DNA from: Savitreella phatthalungensis
Taxonomy: Eukaryota
Length of the DNA stretch: 64,000 nt
NCBI GenBank assembly: GCA_051599415.1
Contig: AP039713.1
Coordinates: 62,001-126,000 of the forward strand
Direction of reading: 5' to 3'
The stretch's first letter is position 1. The number at the start of each line of letters is the position of its first letter. This document shows positions 1 to 10,711 of this stretch, piece by piece. Below the pieces are notes generated by a model. It worked only from the letters and a program-made list of their open reading frames with translations, was not told the origin of the DNA and made no database searches. The translations under genes were made by a program, and so were the position numbers.

Positions 1-365
1 TAGCGGGCCATGGGACGATCCGCGAGGACGTGCTCGAGCCGAATCTGGTCGGAGACCTCGTCTCGGACGGCTACCTGGTACGCGACCGACGGGACGGGTC
101 TCTCGCACCATCCGTGCCAAACGTCGGACTCTACCTACGCGCACTCCGAGCGTGTCGACGTTGGGTCCTCACCGCCCTTGTCCGCGCCAAGGGCATCCTC
201 GACCAGGCACTTCTTGTCCACAGGTACAGCAACTGGAAGGAAGGCAAGTACTTCCTGTGGCAGACTGTTCTCCACGACCTCGTAGGCAGCGGCCGCGCCG
301 AGATCCTTCAGCTCGGCACCGGTACAGCATTGCGAATCACGAGACGCGGCAGACTCGACAAGTGA
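1..365 (+). CDS. STK19/Mug51-family protein, 3' part (5' end outside window)
   Basis: Frame is open from the window edge. The segments DLVSDGYLV..SVPNVG..LRACRRWVL and HDLVGSGRAEILQLGTGTALRIT resemble the STK19 C-terminus (HDLIGAQLVDCISTTSGTLLRL). Confidence 0.65.
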   Translation, partial: AGHGTIREDVLEPNLVGDLVSDGYLVRDRRDGSLAPSVPNVGLYLRALRACRRWVLTALVRAKGILDQALLVHRYSNWKEGKYFLWQTVLHDLVGSGRAEILQLGTGTALRITRRGRLDK

Positions 366-434
366 CAAGGATGACAATGGCGACGCGTGGTAGCGCGGGC
401 AGTCATGCATGAATGCGTATATCCACTCGTTATT

Positions 435-2072
435 CTATGCTGAGACGCGCCAGGAGCGTGGCCCTAGGCTTTGCAGATGCAGGATGCGGTCTTTGATGAA
501 GGTGAAGAAGAGAATGGTGCCTGCGACGACGCAGATCGTGTTCATGATGTAGTAGCCGTCCTGCGTGGTGATGGTAAGGCCGCCCAGGGCCTTGCATTTC
601 TCCGCATCGAGCGAGCCGTGGATGGAGAAAGTCTCGAAGGCATCTCCAGCCTGGAGTGAATCAGGCGCACGGCATTCCCGCCTCGTGAAGCGCTCAACAC
701 CCTCGAGCACGAAGTACCTCGGCCAGGTGCCGCCAAGGTTAGAGATGGTGTTGAGCAGGGTCATATATGTGCCGCCGATGACCGGGTCGGCAATCTGGGT
801 GTGGAAGGCGTTCGAGCTGACGAACTGGACTGTGCTCATGAAGGACGAGATGAGGTGCTCGAGCAGGATGAGAACAAAGTAGAACCAGCCGACCTCGCGT
901 GGCATGAAGTAGACAAGTAGCATACTCAGCAATGCCGCAACAAGTCGACCTTGGAATGCCATCAGCCACGGTCGTAGTGGCTTTGGACCTGTGGACCATT
1001 TTGCTGCGTAATAGCCGAAGGCAATCTCGAGGGGAAAGTCGATCAAGACCGCGAGCGAGAGATCCTCTTTCTTGAGGCCGCGCTCGAGCAGCTTCAGGTT
1101 TGTGACTGCATCGTTGGCGATGAAGCCAACCTTGGCAATCAGGTGGATCGCGAGCAGAGACCGCACCTGTGGCAATTTCACCACTGCCCAGATCGATCGA
1201 TAGACCTTGCGCACACTGTCGTTCTCGTCCTTCTCCTGGTTCTCGCGCTTGAACAGAGCGAGGAATGCCGTGAGGCCAAGGAAGCCCCATCCACAGAGCG
1301 TCGTGTATTGATTGAGCGTGATAAGGCCGACGTCGAGTTGAGCGTCTGCAGAGCGAAAGTATTTGTTGGCGAATTCAGGAGACTGGACAGCGAGGAAGAC
1401 GGTGAAGGACATGAAGTATCCGATGTTGAGACCGATCGTCTGAGCTGTAGAGGCGTAGCTCAAATTCTCCGGCGAGAGCAACGTCAGCGCCCAGCCATCG
1501 ACGGCAATGTCCTGCGTCGCGCACAGCAGGACGAGGGCAAAGAAGAAAACTGTGAGGATCTTTAGATGCGTCGAGGCGTGCTCGACCCAAGCGTCTGCAT
1601 TTGCGCCAATGTACAGCAGCAGCAGTCCGACGGCAGTCTGAGATGGCAAGATCCAGCTTTTCCGCCGACCGAGCTTCTTGTTGTAGATTGCATCGACAAT
1701 GGGACTCCAGAAGAGCTTGAGGCTGTATGGGTAGCTCGCCAGGGAGAAAATTCCGATAGCAGAGTAATCGAGCTTGCCCTGGAGCAGGTATGGAAGAGAG
1801 CCCATAGTGAGGCCGAGTGGGACGCCTTGAAGGGTGTAGAGGGCAATGAGAAGAGCGAGGGCGCGTTTGTCCTTTTGCGTCAGACCTTTGCTCGTTCTCC
1901 TGAGCTCGCGACCCTCATCGTCCTCGTCGTCTGCTTCGAACTGGAACTCAGGAAGAGTTGGTTCATCTGGGAGTTTTGTGAGGGGAATGGACGTGCTCCC
2001 GCCATGTCGCATGGTCATGGAAGAGTTATTGTCAGAATTGATGTTTGGCTGTCTGGCTGTTGTTGATGTCAT
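435..2072 (-). CDS. Acetyl-CoA transporter (AT-1/SLC33A1, MFS)
   Basis: 545 aa with many TM helices. Motifs LYTLQGVPLGL, PYSLKLFWSPIVDA, GRRKSWI, ATQDIAVDGWALTLL and DPVIGGTYMTLLNTISNLGGTWP. Confidence 0.93.
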   Translation of the reverse strand: MTSTTARQPNINSDNNSSMTMRHGGSTSIPLTKLPDEPTLPEFQFEADDEDDEGRELRRTSKGLTQKDKRALALLIALYTLQGVPLGLTMGSLPYLLQGKLDYSAIGIFSLASYPYSLKLFWSPIVDAIYNKKLGRRKSWILPSQTAVGLLLLYIGANADAWVEHASTHLKILTVFFFALVLLCATQDIAVDGWALTLLSPENLSYASTAQTIGLNIGYFMSFTVFLAVQSPEFANKYFRSADAQLDVGLITLNQYTTLCGWGFLGLTAFLALFKRENQEKDENDSVRKVYRSIWAVVKLPQVRSLLAIHLIAKVGFIANDAVTNLKLLERGLKKEDLSLAVLIDFPLEIAFGYYAAKWSTGPKPLRPWLMAFQGRLVAALLSMLLVYFMPREVGWFYFVLILLEHLISSFMSTVQFVSSNAFHTQIADPVIGGTYMTLLNTISNLGGTWPRYFVLEGVERFTRRECRAPDSLQAGDAFETFSIHGSLDAEKCKALGGLTITTQDGYYIMNTICVVAGTILFFTFIKDRILHLQSLGPRSWRVSA

Positions 2073-4021
2073 ACGCCAGCAGCGTCGAGCGCGATGAAAC
2101 CCGAAAAGGAAGAAGTGAATGAGGATACAGAGATCCTGAATATGACTGAGGTCGATTTGTGTAGTCTTCAGTACATGATTGGGGTCTCAATCTTGACACG
2201 TTTGTATATGCGTGCAAGGGACGATTTGCCGAGGAAGTGAGGTAAGGCTTGGACGCGTGACTAAGAACGCACGTTGCCCGGAACTGAGCCTCTCTATTGT
2301 CAGAGGGATCAAGACAATAGAACGGAACTGTCAGAGTGTTTCAAGCAGGAGAGCCCAGCACCTGAGGACTTGCGAATGGTTCTGTAAGGGTAGGTATAAG
2401 ATATGTGCGTATTCAAGGCGCGTGAATGTAATGCTTTAATGGTTGTACTGACAGCTGTATACTCGATCATATTTATGTGCATGCAGACTAGTTTTGTGTA
2501 AAGTGGCTACGTGTGTGCATTCAGTGTGTACCCAAGCTTAAGTACTTATGGACGTGGTGTACATGTATTCCTGACGGTCAATGCAGCATAATAAGTTCAA
2601 TGATTGCGTCCTCGAATCTTAGAATATTTACAAGTCTAAGAGTTTTTTCACGTGCATCTAAGTTCAAGGCGATCGAGTGCAAGTTGAGAGAGAGTATAGT
2701 GAGTGGAATCAATGAGTAAGTGGATGATTGGAATGCTTGAGTGAGTGGATCAGTAGGTTGATATGATGCCAAAGAAGTATATCCAACTGTCTATATCCTT
2801 CACGTACATGTTGATGCCTTCTGACACTATAGTCGATGTATACAGTATGCCACGTATGAGTCAACGTTTTGGATCAATGACTGTAGCCCTCGATGTACCA
2901 CAAAAGAGGGCCACGTCAGACTGAGACTGAAATCTTCATCACTTGCACAACCATTCTAGCTTACACAGACGCTATAGATAGAAGTTCTCATTGTGAAATC
3001 AACAACGTGTACATCATCGCGCTGGTGGCATCGGTGATATGTGTATAACTTTGCCACTGCCAAGCATTGTACTGTATAATTAGTCTTGGCGAATCTGGAC
3101 AACAACACGTTTGTCCGACCGGTCAAATTGGTTTGACAGGATACGCTACAGTGGATGATCGAGTGGACTATAAAGCATTCACTCCACTCTGTCACCTGTT
3201 CAATCAGTCACCCATTGCTCTCAGTCAGTCAGTCAGTCAGCCAGCCAGTCCACGCACGATGAAGTGATTCACGTGCTTCTGAACAAAATGAATAAATCTA
3301 GATTTATAAAATCCATATAATTTAAAGAGCAATTTGGCAGACAATCAACTTCAATTGTGATTGAATTTAGAGTTGAGCATTCTAGATTTAATTAAATTCT
3401 GTCAAATATTCGATCTAAGAAATAGACCAGAGGTCTTCTGCTGAAGCTGCGGATGAAAGCCGGACGGATTCCCCATGCATGCAGCTGCAGTGGAAGCTGC
3501 GTCATTGCAAATCCATCCATATGCCATTCCTCACTGTATCTACCATTCCATCCATTCCATCCAACCAACCACCCATCATTCCATCCATACCATCACTCAC
3601 TCACCCAACCACTCACTTGTCTCAGTCACTCAGTCAATCACCAGATCAACCACGTCCTCTTCCACACTGGCAAATCTCCTTATCATCCATCTTCCATTCG
3701 GCTCTGCACCAGGTTGCAAGTGACCCTTTCTGGCTGCTCAGAGGATCATTCGTCAGACCATCCGCCCACGCCTTCGCACACGCAGCCGGCCAGGCAGATC
3801 GAGATATTCACCATCTCCTATAGACTTGATACATCTCACTCCAGACCCTGGCAGGCAGGTCTACCTGATTGACTGTGCAGGTCCATTGACACACTCGGCC
3901 GCTCACTTGTTCACTTGATCAAGTCCAACCCACACCTCCCCTCTTGCATCCCACTCTTTTTTCTCTTCTCTTCTCTTCGTAAATCTCGAGCGCGCGCACA
4001 CGCCGACCTGATCTTACCAGC

Positions 4022-7000
4022 ATGTTCTCCACAAACAACCAGTTCAGAGACGGACCATCCCGCAACGTTGATCAAGCAAAGCAGGAGTCAGAGCTTGGCA
4101 CGAACATCAAAAAGGCAACGTCTGCAGAAGAGACTGCGCCAAAGCGTAAACACGTGAGAGCGTGCATCGTCTATACCTGGGATCATCAGTCATCCTCTGC
4201 ATTCTGGTCGGCACTCAAGGTACAACCAATCCTCAGTGACGAAGTACAGACCTTCAAAGCCATCATCGTCGTCCACAAAGTCATCCAGGAAGGGTCACCC
4301 ATCACCTTGTTGGAGGCACACCGTCAGACAGGCTGGCTGGAGACCGTTGCCAGATCAGTCCACGGCGATGGAACACGTGGCTACGGTAGACTGATCAAGA
4401 ACTATGTTGACTATCTCGTCTCCAAACTCTCCTTCCACCGGTACCATGGAGAATTCAACGGAACGTTCGAGTACGAAGAGTATGTCACACTCAAAAACAT
4501 CAATGATCCAAATGAAGGATTCGAGGTCATCATGGCCCTCATGGATCTACAGGACCAGATCGACTCTCTGCAAAAACTCGTCTTCAGTAGCTTTCGCAAG
4601 TCATCCAGCAACGAGTGCAAGATCTCAGCGCTCGTGCCACTCGTTCACGAGTCCTATGGTATCTACAAGTTCATTACCAGTATGCTCAGGGCGCTCTACC
4701 AGGCGGGAGCTGACGATGCTGTCGAGCCCCTGAAGGATCGCTACACATCTCAGCACCATCGTCTCGTCAAGTTCTACTACGAATGCTCGAACCTTCGCTA
4801 CCTCACGAACCTCATCGCGATTCCGAAGCTGCCCCAGGAGCCACCGGACCTGCACGTTGTCGATGGCGATCAGCCACCGCTCAAGATCAACAACAGCGAG
4901 CCATCACAGCAACCAGCAAGACAGCGTACTCCGGCACAGCCAGAGGCCGAACAAGTTCAGGACTTTTGGTCACAGCAACAGGCAGAACAGGCCGAATACG
5001 AAGCAGAGCAGCGAAGGCTTCGGGAAGAAGCTGATGCAGATGCACGCCGTCAGCAAGAGCTGATGCAACAGCGAGAGGCCGATTTTCAGCGTCAACAGGC
5101 CATGCTCGCAGAGCAACAGCGCCTCGCCGAGCAGCAACTTCTCCAGCAACAGTACCAGCAGCAGAGCCAGGGCAGAGTCGCTGAGCTAGAACAGCAACTC
5201 CTTGCCATGCAGGGTCAGTTCAACAACGATCAGCTCATGCTTGAGCAGTACGATCAAAGGGTGAAGATGCTCGAGCAAGAGCTACAGCAGCTCCACAATA
5301 GTCTAGGCGCCCAGTCACAATCTAAGGATGATCTGATCCGTTCTCTGCAAGATCAACTCACAGCTTGGAAGCAGAAGTACGAAGCTCTCGCAAAACTGTA
5401 TACGCAGCTGCGACAGGAGCATATGGACCTGCTTGCCAAATACAAGACAGCCCAGCTAAAGGCGTCATCAGCTCAGGAAGCCATTGACCGCAAGGAGAAG
5501 ATGGAGCGAGACTTGAAGAACAAGAATCTCGATCTTGCGGACATGATTCGTGAGCGTGACCGCGCACGTCTCGAGCTAGACAAGTTGCGCAACCAGGGTA
5601 AAGACTCTGTCGAGGCCAAGGAACGGGAGCTACGCGAAGCACTCGATCGCATTCGCGATATGGAGCGCACCTCTGGCTCTGAGCTCGCCTCAGTCGTCAA
5701 CCGCAACAATCGCGAGATCGCCAATCTCGAGGAACTCCTGCGTACAAAACAACGTCAACTCGACGAAGCGACGCAGAAATTGCAGGACAAGATGCGTGAG
5801 ATTGACAATATCGTGCGAGACAAGGACGAAGAGCTGGAAATCTACAAGACCGGTATGGACGAAGCTCTTCTGCGACTCAACGACGTACATCTGAATGGTG
5901 GCGCGGATGAGGCTATGAATGAGCAGATCGATCAGCTCATCCTCGGGCAAATCGACAAGCTAAACGAGATCATCGATGCCGTGCTCGATACGGCCGCCAA
6001 GCGCCTTGATGAGGCACTATACATGCTCGACAACCCGATGGAGGCTGGAAATCAAAACGTCACGCCAGAGTACCTGCTCTCGATTCTGGAGAACACTAGT
6101 GTGTCCGCCAACGACTTTGCGACAAGTGTCAACAACTTTGTCGCGGACGGACCCAATGCCGATCAAGCAGAGATCATTGCCTCAGTCGATCAATTCGCTA
6201 ACAGTATCGTCGATACGTTGTACAACACAAAGGGTGCACTGCGCCTCACTGGTAGTGAGCAGGTCGGCGAGTCTCTCACTCGCGATGCAAAATCCCTCGC
6301 CACGCTGGGAAGGAATTTCCTCCTGGGAGTCCGCTCTCCAGCGCTCAAGGACCAGTCGCTTGAACAAAAGACAGACACTGTCATCAACTACAACATTGAA
6401 GCGCAGCAGCAGATTCAAGGTCTGTCAAAGGTGGTAGAAGGCATGGTTCCGAAGGACGCCTTTGATATCGTGGCCAAGTCGACCGAGGACATTGGCGATC
6501 TCGTCGACCGCGAGCTCTCACAGGCTGCTACAGCGATCGAAGCAGCCGCTGCAAGACTGGCTGAGATGGCGAAGCGCAACAAGTCGTCCAATTATAGCCC
6601 GACCGAACTGCGGGTGCACGAGTCGCTTGTTGAGGCTGCTCAGGCCATCATCACAGCGATTGCAGCGCTGCTGACGGCTGCAACTGACTCTCAGCGCGAG
6701 ATTGTCGATGAAGGACGCGGAACCAGCTCTCGAACGAACTTCTACAAGCGCAACCACCGCTGGACCGAGGGTCTCATCTCTGCGGCCAAGGCCGTCGCCA
6801 ATGCAACGAACACGCTGATCGAGACTGCCGATGGCGTGCTCCTCGGCACGAACAGCCTCGAGCAAGTCATCGTCGCCTCGAACAATGTGGCCTCAGCAAC
6901 AGCTCAATTGGTTGCAGCTTCGCGTGTCAAGCAGAGCTTCATGTCGAAGACACAGGGTCGTCTGGAGGAAGCCTCGAAACGCGTCAATGCAGCGTGCCGC

Positions 7001-7216
7001 AACATTGTCCGTCTTGTGCAACAACTCATCGCCGACCGTTCTCGGGCCGCGAACGAGGCCACAGCAGCGGATTACGAAGCCCTCGGCGCACACGAGTTCA
7101 AGAAGCAGGAGATGGAGCAACAGGTTCTCGTGCTGAAGCTAGAGAACGAGCTCGCTATGGCAAGGTCCAAGCTCGGCGTCATGCGGCGGACCACCTACCA
7201 CACATCGCTCGAGTAG
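4022..7216 (+). CDS. SLA2: Endocytic adaptor Sla2/End4 (ANTH, coiled coil, talin-like I/LWEQ domain)
   Basis: ANTH motif IKKATSAEETAPKRKHVRACIVYTWDH. C-terminal FYKRNHRWTEGLISAAKAVA and EMEQQVLVLKLENEL. Confidence 0.97.
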   Translation: MFSTNNQFRDGPSRNVDQAKQESELGTNIKKATSAEETAPKRKHVRACIVYTWDHQSSSAFWSALKVQPILSDEVQTFKAIIVVHKVIQEGSPITLLEAHRQTGWLETVARSVHGDGTRGYGRLIKNYVDYLVSKLSFHRYHGEFNGTFEYEEYVTLKNINDPNEGFEVIMALMDLQDQIDSLQKLVFSSFRKSSSNECKISALVPLVHESYGIYKFITSMLRALYQAGADDAVEPLKDRYTSQHHRLVKFYYECSNLRYLTNLIAIPKLPQEPPDLHVVDGDQPPLKINNSEPSQQPARQRTPAQPEAEQVQDFWSQQQAEQAEYEAEQRRLREEADADARRQQELMQQREADFQRQQAMLAEQQRLAEQQLLQQQYQQQSQGRVAELEQQLLAMQGQFNNDQLMLEQYDQRVKMLEQELQQLHNSLGAQSQSKDDLIRSLQDQLTAWKQKYEALAKLYTQLRQEHMDLLAKYKTAQLKASSAQEAIDRKEKMERDLKNKNLDLADMIRERDRARLELDKLRNQGKDSVEAKERELREALDRIRDMERTSGSELASVVNRNNREIANLEELLRTKQRQLDEATQKLQDKMREIDNIVRDKDEELEIYKTGMDEALLRLNDVHLNGGADEAMNEQIDQLILGQIDKLNEIIDAVLDTAAKRLDEALYMLDNPMEAGNQNVTPEYLLSILENTSVSANDFATSVNNFVADGPNADQAEIIASVDQFANSIVDTLYNTKGALRLTGSEQVGESLTRDAKSLATLGRNFLLGVRSPALKDQSLEQKTDTVINYNIEAQQQIQGLSKVVEGMVPKDAFDIVAKSTEDIGDLVDRELSQAATAIEAAAARLAEMAKRNKSSNYSPTELRVHESLVEAAQAIITAIAALLTAATDSQREIVDEGRGTSSRTNFYKRNHRWTEGLISAAKAVANATNTLIETADGVLLGTNSLEQVIVASNNVASATAQLVAASRVKQSFMSKTQGRLEEASKRVNAACRNIVRLVQQLIADRSRAANEATAADYEALGAHEFKKQEMEQQVLVLKLENELAMARSKLGVMRRTTYHTSLE

Positions 7217-7482
7217 TCTTACATCACCACCTTGGCTCTCTTACACTATTCGCCGACACCTCATCTGTAACTTGTATATGCATTCCCGTTCGAGGATATT
7301 CGTTAACGTCGTCCTTCGCTCCTAGTCCGTGTACTTTATGAGGCATCGTGAACAGTGGTCGCCGTGCAGTAAGCATTCTTGCCTACATGCTTGCAGCAGG
7401 CGAATCCCTGGTTCTGTGTATTTCTCTGACAGTGACCACCGGAGAAAGCGCTGTGACCATCATTCACATAGGCATCTTCAGC

Positions 7483-8565
7483 CTATTCTGGAGAGGCCTG
7501 ATCCGCTGCCGAGGCCGTCCGGTCGATCAAGTGTCTTGGCAAGGACTTCTTCACTGTTCCTGTCCCTCCTCGCGCACCCGCCGATGGCGCACCGTACCTC
7601 GCTTCAAGCGCTTTCGCCTTGGCCCTCGCTTCCTCGATCCTGCTCGCATCCCCGTCGACCTGCCCTGCTGCCGAACTAGCATCTCGATCCTTGTCAAACA
7701 CTGCAGCTCGAGCATCCCAGGCGAATACCCGGTCCTTCTCGAACGCCTCTGCAGTCTTGTGACCGCGTTCAAAAGCGCCATCGACATTACCGCGGCCACC
7801 ACGACCCATCGACCTCGACTTTGGGTTGTAGTCGGCAGAATCCTCACCAGGACGCAAGTAACCAGCGGTGTCCTCGCGCAAGCGCATTGGCTGCTTGACC
7901 TCTGCCGCCTGAGCTCCTGCACCGCCACTCCCATCCGCGGCGCCCGCGGGGTGAAGGAGCTCTGCGATGGTGCCTGGGACGGGTTTCTGTGGTAGGTGCT
8001 GCTTGCTCTGGAGCGCCTGTATCCTGGCTGTGTGGTGAGCAAAATCGTACCCGTTCGCGAGGTCGCGCTTAACGTCCCACGACAGATCAATCGCCTCCAC
8101 CACATCATCCCCACCGACCTCACCACCACCACCATCCCACCGAGCACCACGCTTCCGTGGACGTTCAAGGCAGTCCGCCTTCACGTGCGTCCTCGCACCG
8201 CAATTATCACACCCACCAGCCTGCCAGCGCGCTCCACCACCACGCCGTCGAGCAGGCGCACCGCGCGTGTACCAGCGCGTGTTGGCGATCGCGTTGGCGT
8301 CGGCAGAGATCCCGTGATGCTGGTGTCCCAGGGACTCGCCTGACCCATCGTCTGCGTACCATGGCGCCTTGGCGATGAACTGTGGGATGTACGGGTTGAC
8401 CCGTTTTCCTTTTGCATCCACCGACACATCACCAGCACCCTTCCCTTTCCCAGAACGCCCCTCACCCACACCCACACCCACACGCTCACCAGTCGCACCA
8501 CCCATCCCCAAAAATCGCTTGCTGTCACGCGCAATCTCAGCAGCCATGCTAGCGCTAGACTCCAT
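7483..8565 (-). CDS. SLU7: Pre-mRNA splicing factor Slu7
   Basis: NPYIPQFIAKAPWY, zinc knuckle CDNCGARTHVKADCLERPRK, WDVKRD..NGYD and LREDTAGYL..YNPKSRSM. Confidence 0.9.
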   Translation of the reverse strand: MESSASMAAEIARDSKRFLGMGGATGERVGVGVGEGRSGKGKGAGDVSVDAKGKRVNPYIPQFIAKAPWYADDGSGESLGHQHHGISADANAIANTRWYTRGAPARRRGGGARWQAGGCDNCGARTHVKADCLERPRKRGARWDGGGGEVGGDDVVEAIDLSWDVKRDLANGYDFAHHTARIQALQSKQHLPQKPVPGTIAELLHPAGAADGSGGAGAQAAEVKQPMRLREDTAGYLRPGEDSADYNPKSRSMGRGGRGNVDGAFERGHKTAEAFEKDRVFAWDARAAVFDKDRDASSAAGQVDGDASRIEEARAKAKALEARYGAPSAGARGGTGTVKKSLPRHLIDRTASAADQASPE

Positions 8566-8853
8566 CTTGTGATGTCGTCCCCTCGGACAGAACAGGGAAG
8601 CACGCAGACGAGGGTGATGACGTCCCAGGTGGTATGGGTTTTACATGCAAGCCCTTACGCACTCTCACATGCAAGCGAGCAAGCAAGCAAGTATCCCAGT
8701 TGCAGTGATCAAACACTCTCGAGATCAAATCAAATATCAGAATTCTCAATACAAAAAAAACATCTGGACGATCGACCTTGCCTCTCTCGCTCGTGCTGAA
8801 GATGCCGTGTGTGCTGCGAGGGTTATGTCAGTGACCGCGAGGTCGAATTGAAA

Positions 8854-9492
8854 CTACTTGCGGGCGCGGCGAGCTGGGTTTGCGCGCTTGGGGAGTGAGC
8901 GCGGGGTGAGGGCCTGCCTAGGTGCCTTGCGTGGTGGCGCCCGTAGTGCTGCGGTGGCGGCGGCTCGCTTTCGCGTAGCCGGCTTGCTCGGCTGTCTGAC
9001 TCCGTCCTCGTCGCCATAGATCGATGCCAGCAACGCGGATTCCCGCATCACGAGTTCCCGCACGAACTCCGCAGAGTAATTGGCTACGGGTACAACCACC
9101 CACGGGTTTTTCCGCTTTGTCTTGACGAGCGGGAATCGCCTCTTGAAGCCGTTGTACCAGCTCTGGGAGAGCTCGCCGTCGAGACCGCGGTCGTTGTAGA
9201 ACTCCGTTGCGAGCTCGCAGATCTCTGGGACCGTCATTGTCTCACCGATCGCATGACGGTCCTCCGACTCGTCAAACACTTCCTGCTCCTCTTCTTCAGT
9301 CAGCTTACGTCGGCAGCGAGCAGCAGTCGCTATCGTTCGATTTCCGTTCCTCAGACGAGCGTAAAGCGTGCTCGCAGACACATCGTACTCCTAAGCGGCA
9401 TGCCGAATTGATACGGGCGAGGTCGCGGCTTGGTCGAGGTAGTAATTGATGGCTGTCTGGAGGCGAAGCTCCTTCTCGTCCGTCGAGTTCAT
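8854..9492 (-). pseudogene. pogo/Fot1 (CENP-B-like) transposase DNA-binding region (HTH_psq + Tc5-type HTH) with in-frame TAG; no DDE domain
   Basis: ATG at 9492 reads MNSTDEKELRLQTAINYYLDQAATSPVSIRHAA*EYDVSASTLYARLRNG, in frame with ORF 8854..9381 (KLTEEEE..ELA..LSQSWYNGFKRRFP). The TAG is at 9391-9393. Confidence 0.7.
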
Positions 9493-9796
9493 TATGGATT
9501 TCTGATCTCGGTGTTTGACGACATCGAGCGCAGGAGTCGATCTTTTTCGGATTTTGTCCTTGCAGGATCCGGGATTGTGACGATTGCCGAAGCTTGCGAA
9601 TAGTTCGTTGCGACGGTTGTGACGCGTCGTGATTGACTTAAGAAGTAGTTAAACACACGTAACTATGGACAGCACGCGTTTTTTTTATCACGCCTCACCG
9701 TACATGACACCATCGGCGTTCATCGTCCATCATCAATGTCGTACTTTACTAGAGTATAATCTACAATGTCCTCTTTGCCTTGGAGAGCGATTTCGT

Positions 9797-10711
9797 TCAT
9801 GACTTGGTGCCGATGACGTCCAATTGACGAAGGACGCACTCGATGGGCTCTCCAGCCGAATTCTCAGCCGAAGACCGTTCTATGAGAAATGTGAGTGCTT
9901 GAGAAGCCTGGAAGCGTGATGCTTTCAACGGTAGCGTTGCTGTGCCTGCTACATACTCGTCTTGGAAGACAGCGATCGACTGGACGTTCTCACATAGACC
10001 AAGCGCCAACAGGTCCTTCGGCTCTCCCTGCAAATTGCTACCGACGTGGACTTTCGATGGCGCTCCACCACGCTTGCCGTTACTGCCATCGCCGCTTGGC
10101 AAGACAATCTTGACCTTTGTCGGGTTGACCTTGGCTGTGAAGACGAGGTGGAGGAGGAGTTGTGAGGAGCCAGATGCAGAAACTACTTCCGCTCCTGCAA
10201 AGCCGGGCGTGATGACCTGCTTCACGTTTGCTCTGCCTGTAGCGTTCAGCAATTTGCTCTTGTCCAGATCTATTAGCGTGCGGAGGCTGCCTGGCGTGCT
10301 GCTAGACACAGGTGGTGAAGTCTTGAGAGAACTATTTGCACCGCCACCGAGCGTTGTGCCCGTAGATTGGGACGTGGCACTCGATGCAGAGACTTTGCCA
10401 GAGTGATGTGCAATCTTGGTCTGTAGCTGCATGACATCTGCACCACGTACCTCGTCCACCTTGGTCGACTTTCCGTAGAATTGGAAAGTAGGCATGGCAG
10501 AGATGCCACAAGCTCCCGCGACGTCCTGCGCTCGATCTACATCACACTTGGCAAAGATGACGTTGGAATTCTTGTTGTTTGCTGCAAGGCGCTCGAATAC
10601 TGGTGAGATTGCCTTGCACGGACCGCACCAGGTTGCGTAGAAGTCGACGATGAGCAGAGGTTTTGCCTTGAGAGTGTTGAATTGAGCGAGCGAGGTGATT
10701 TCCTGAGCCAT
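9797..10711 (-). CDS. Thioredoxin-like protein with C-terminal PITH-like domain (Txl1-like)
   Basis: IVDFYATWCGPCKAISPVF and ISAMPTFQFY, then a Ser/Thr linker and a beta-rich domain (QLLLHLVF..LKASRFQ..LTFLIE). ATG (MAQEIT) taken at 10711. Confidence 0.8.
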   Translation of the reverse strand: MAQEITSLAQFNTLKAKPLLIVDFYATWCGPCKAISPVFERLAANNKNSNVIFAKCDVDRAQDVAGACGISAMPTFQFYGKSTKVDEVRGADVMQLQTKIAHHSGKVSASSATSQSTGTTLGGGANSSLKTSPPVSSSTPGSLRTLIDLDKSKLLNATGRANVKQVITPGFAGAEVVSASGSSQLLLHLVFTAKVNPTKVKIVLPSGDGSNGKRGGAPSKVHVGSNLQGEPKDLLALGLCENVQSIAVFQDEYVAGTATLPLKASRFQASQALTFLIERSSAENSAGEPIECVLRQLDVIGTKS

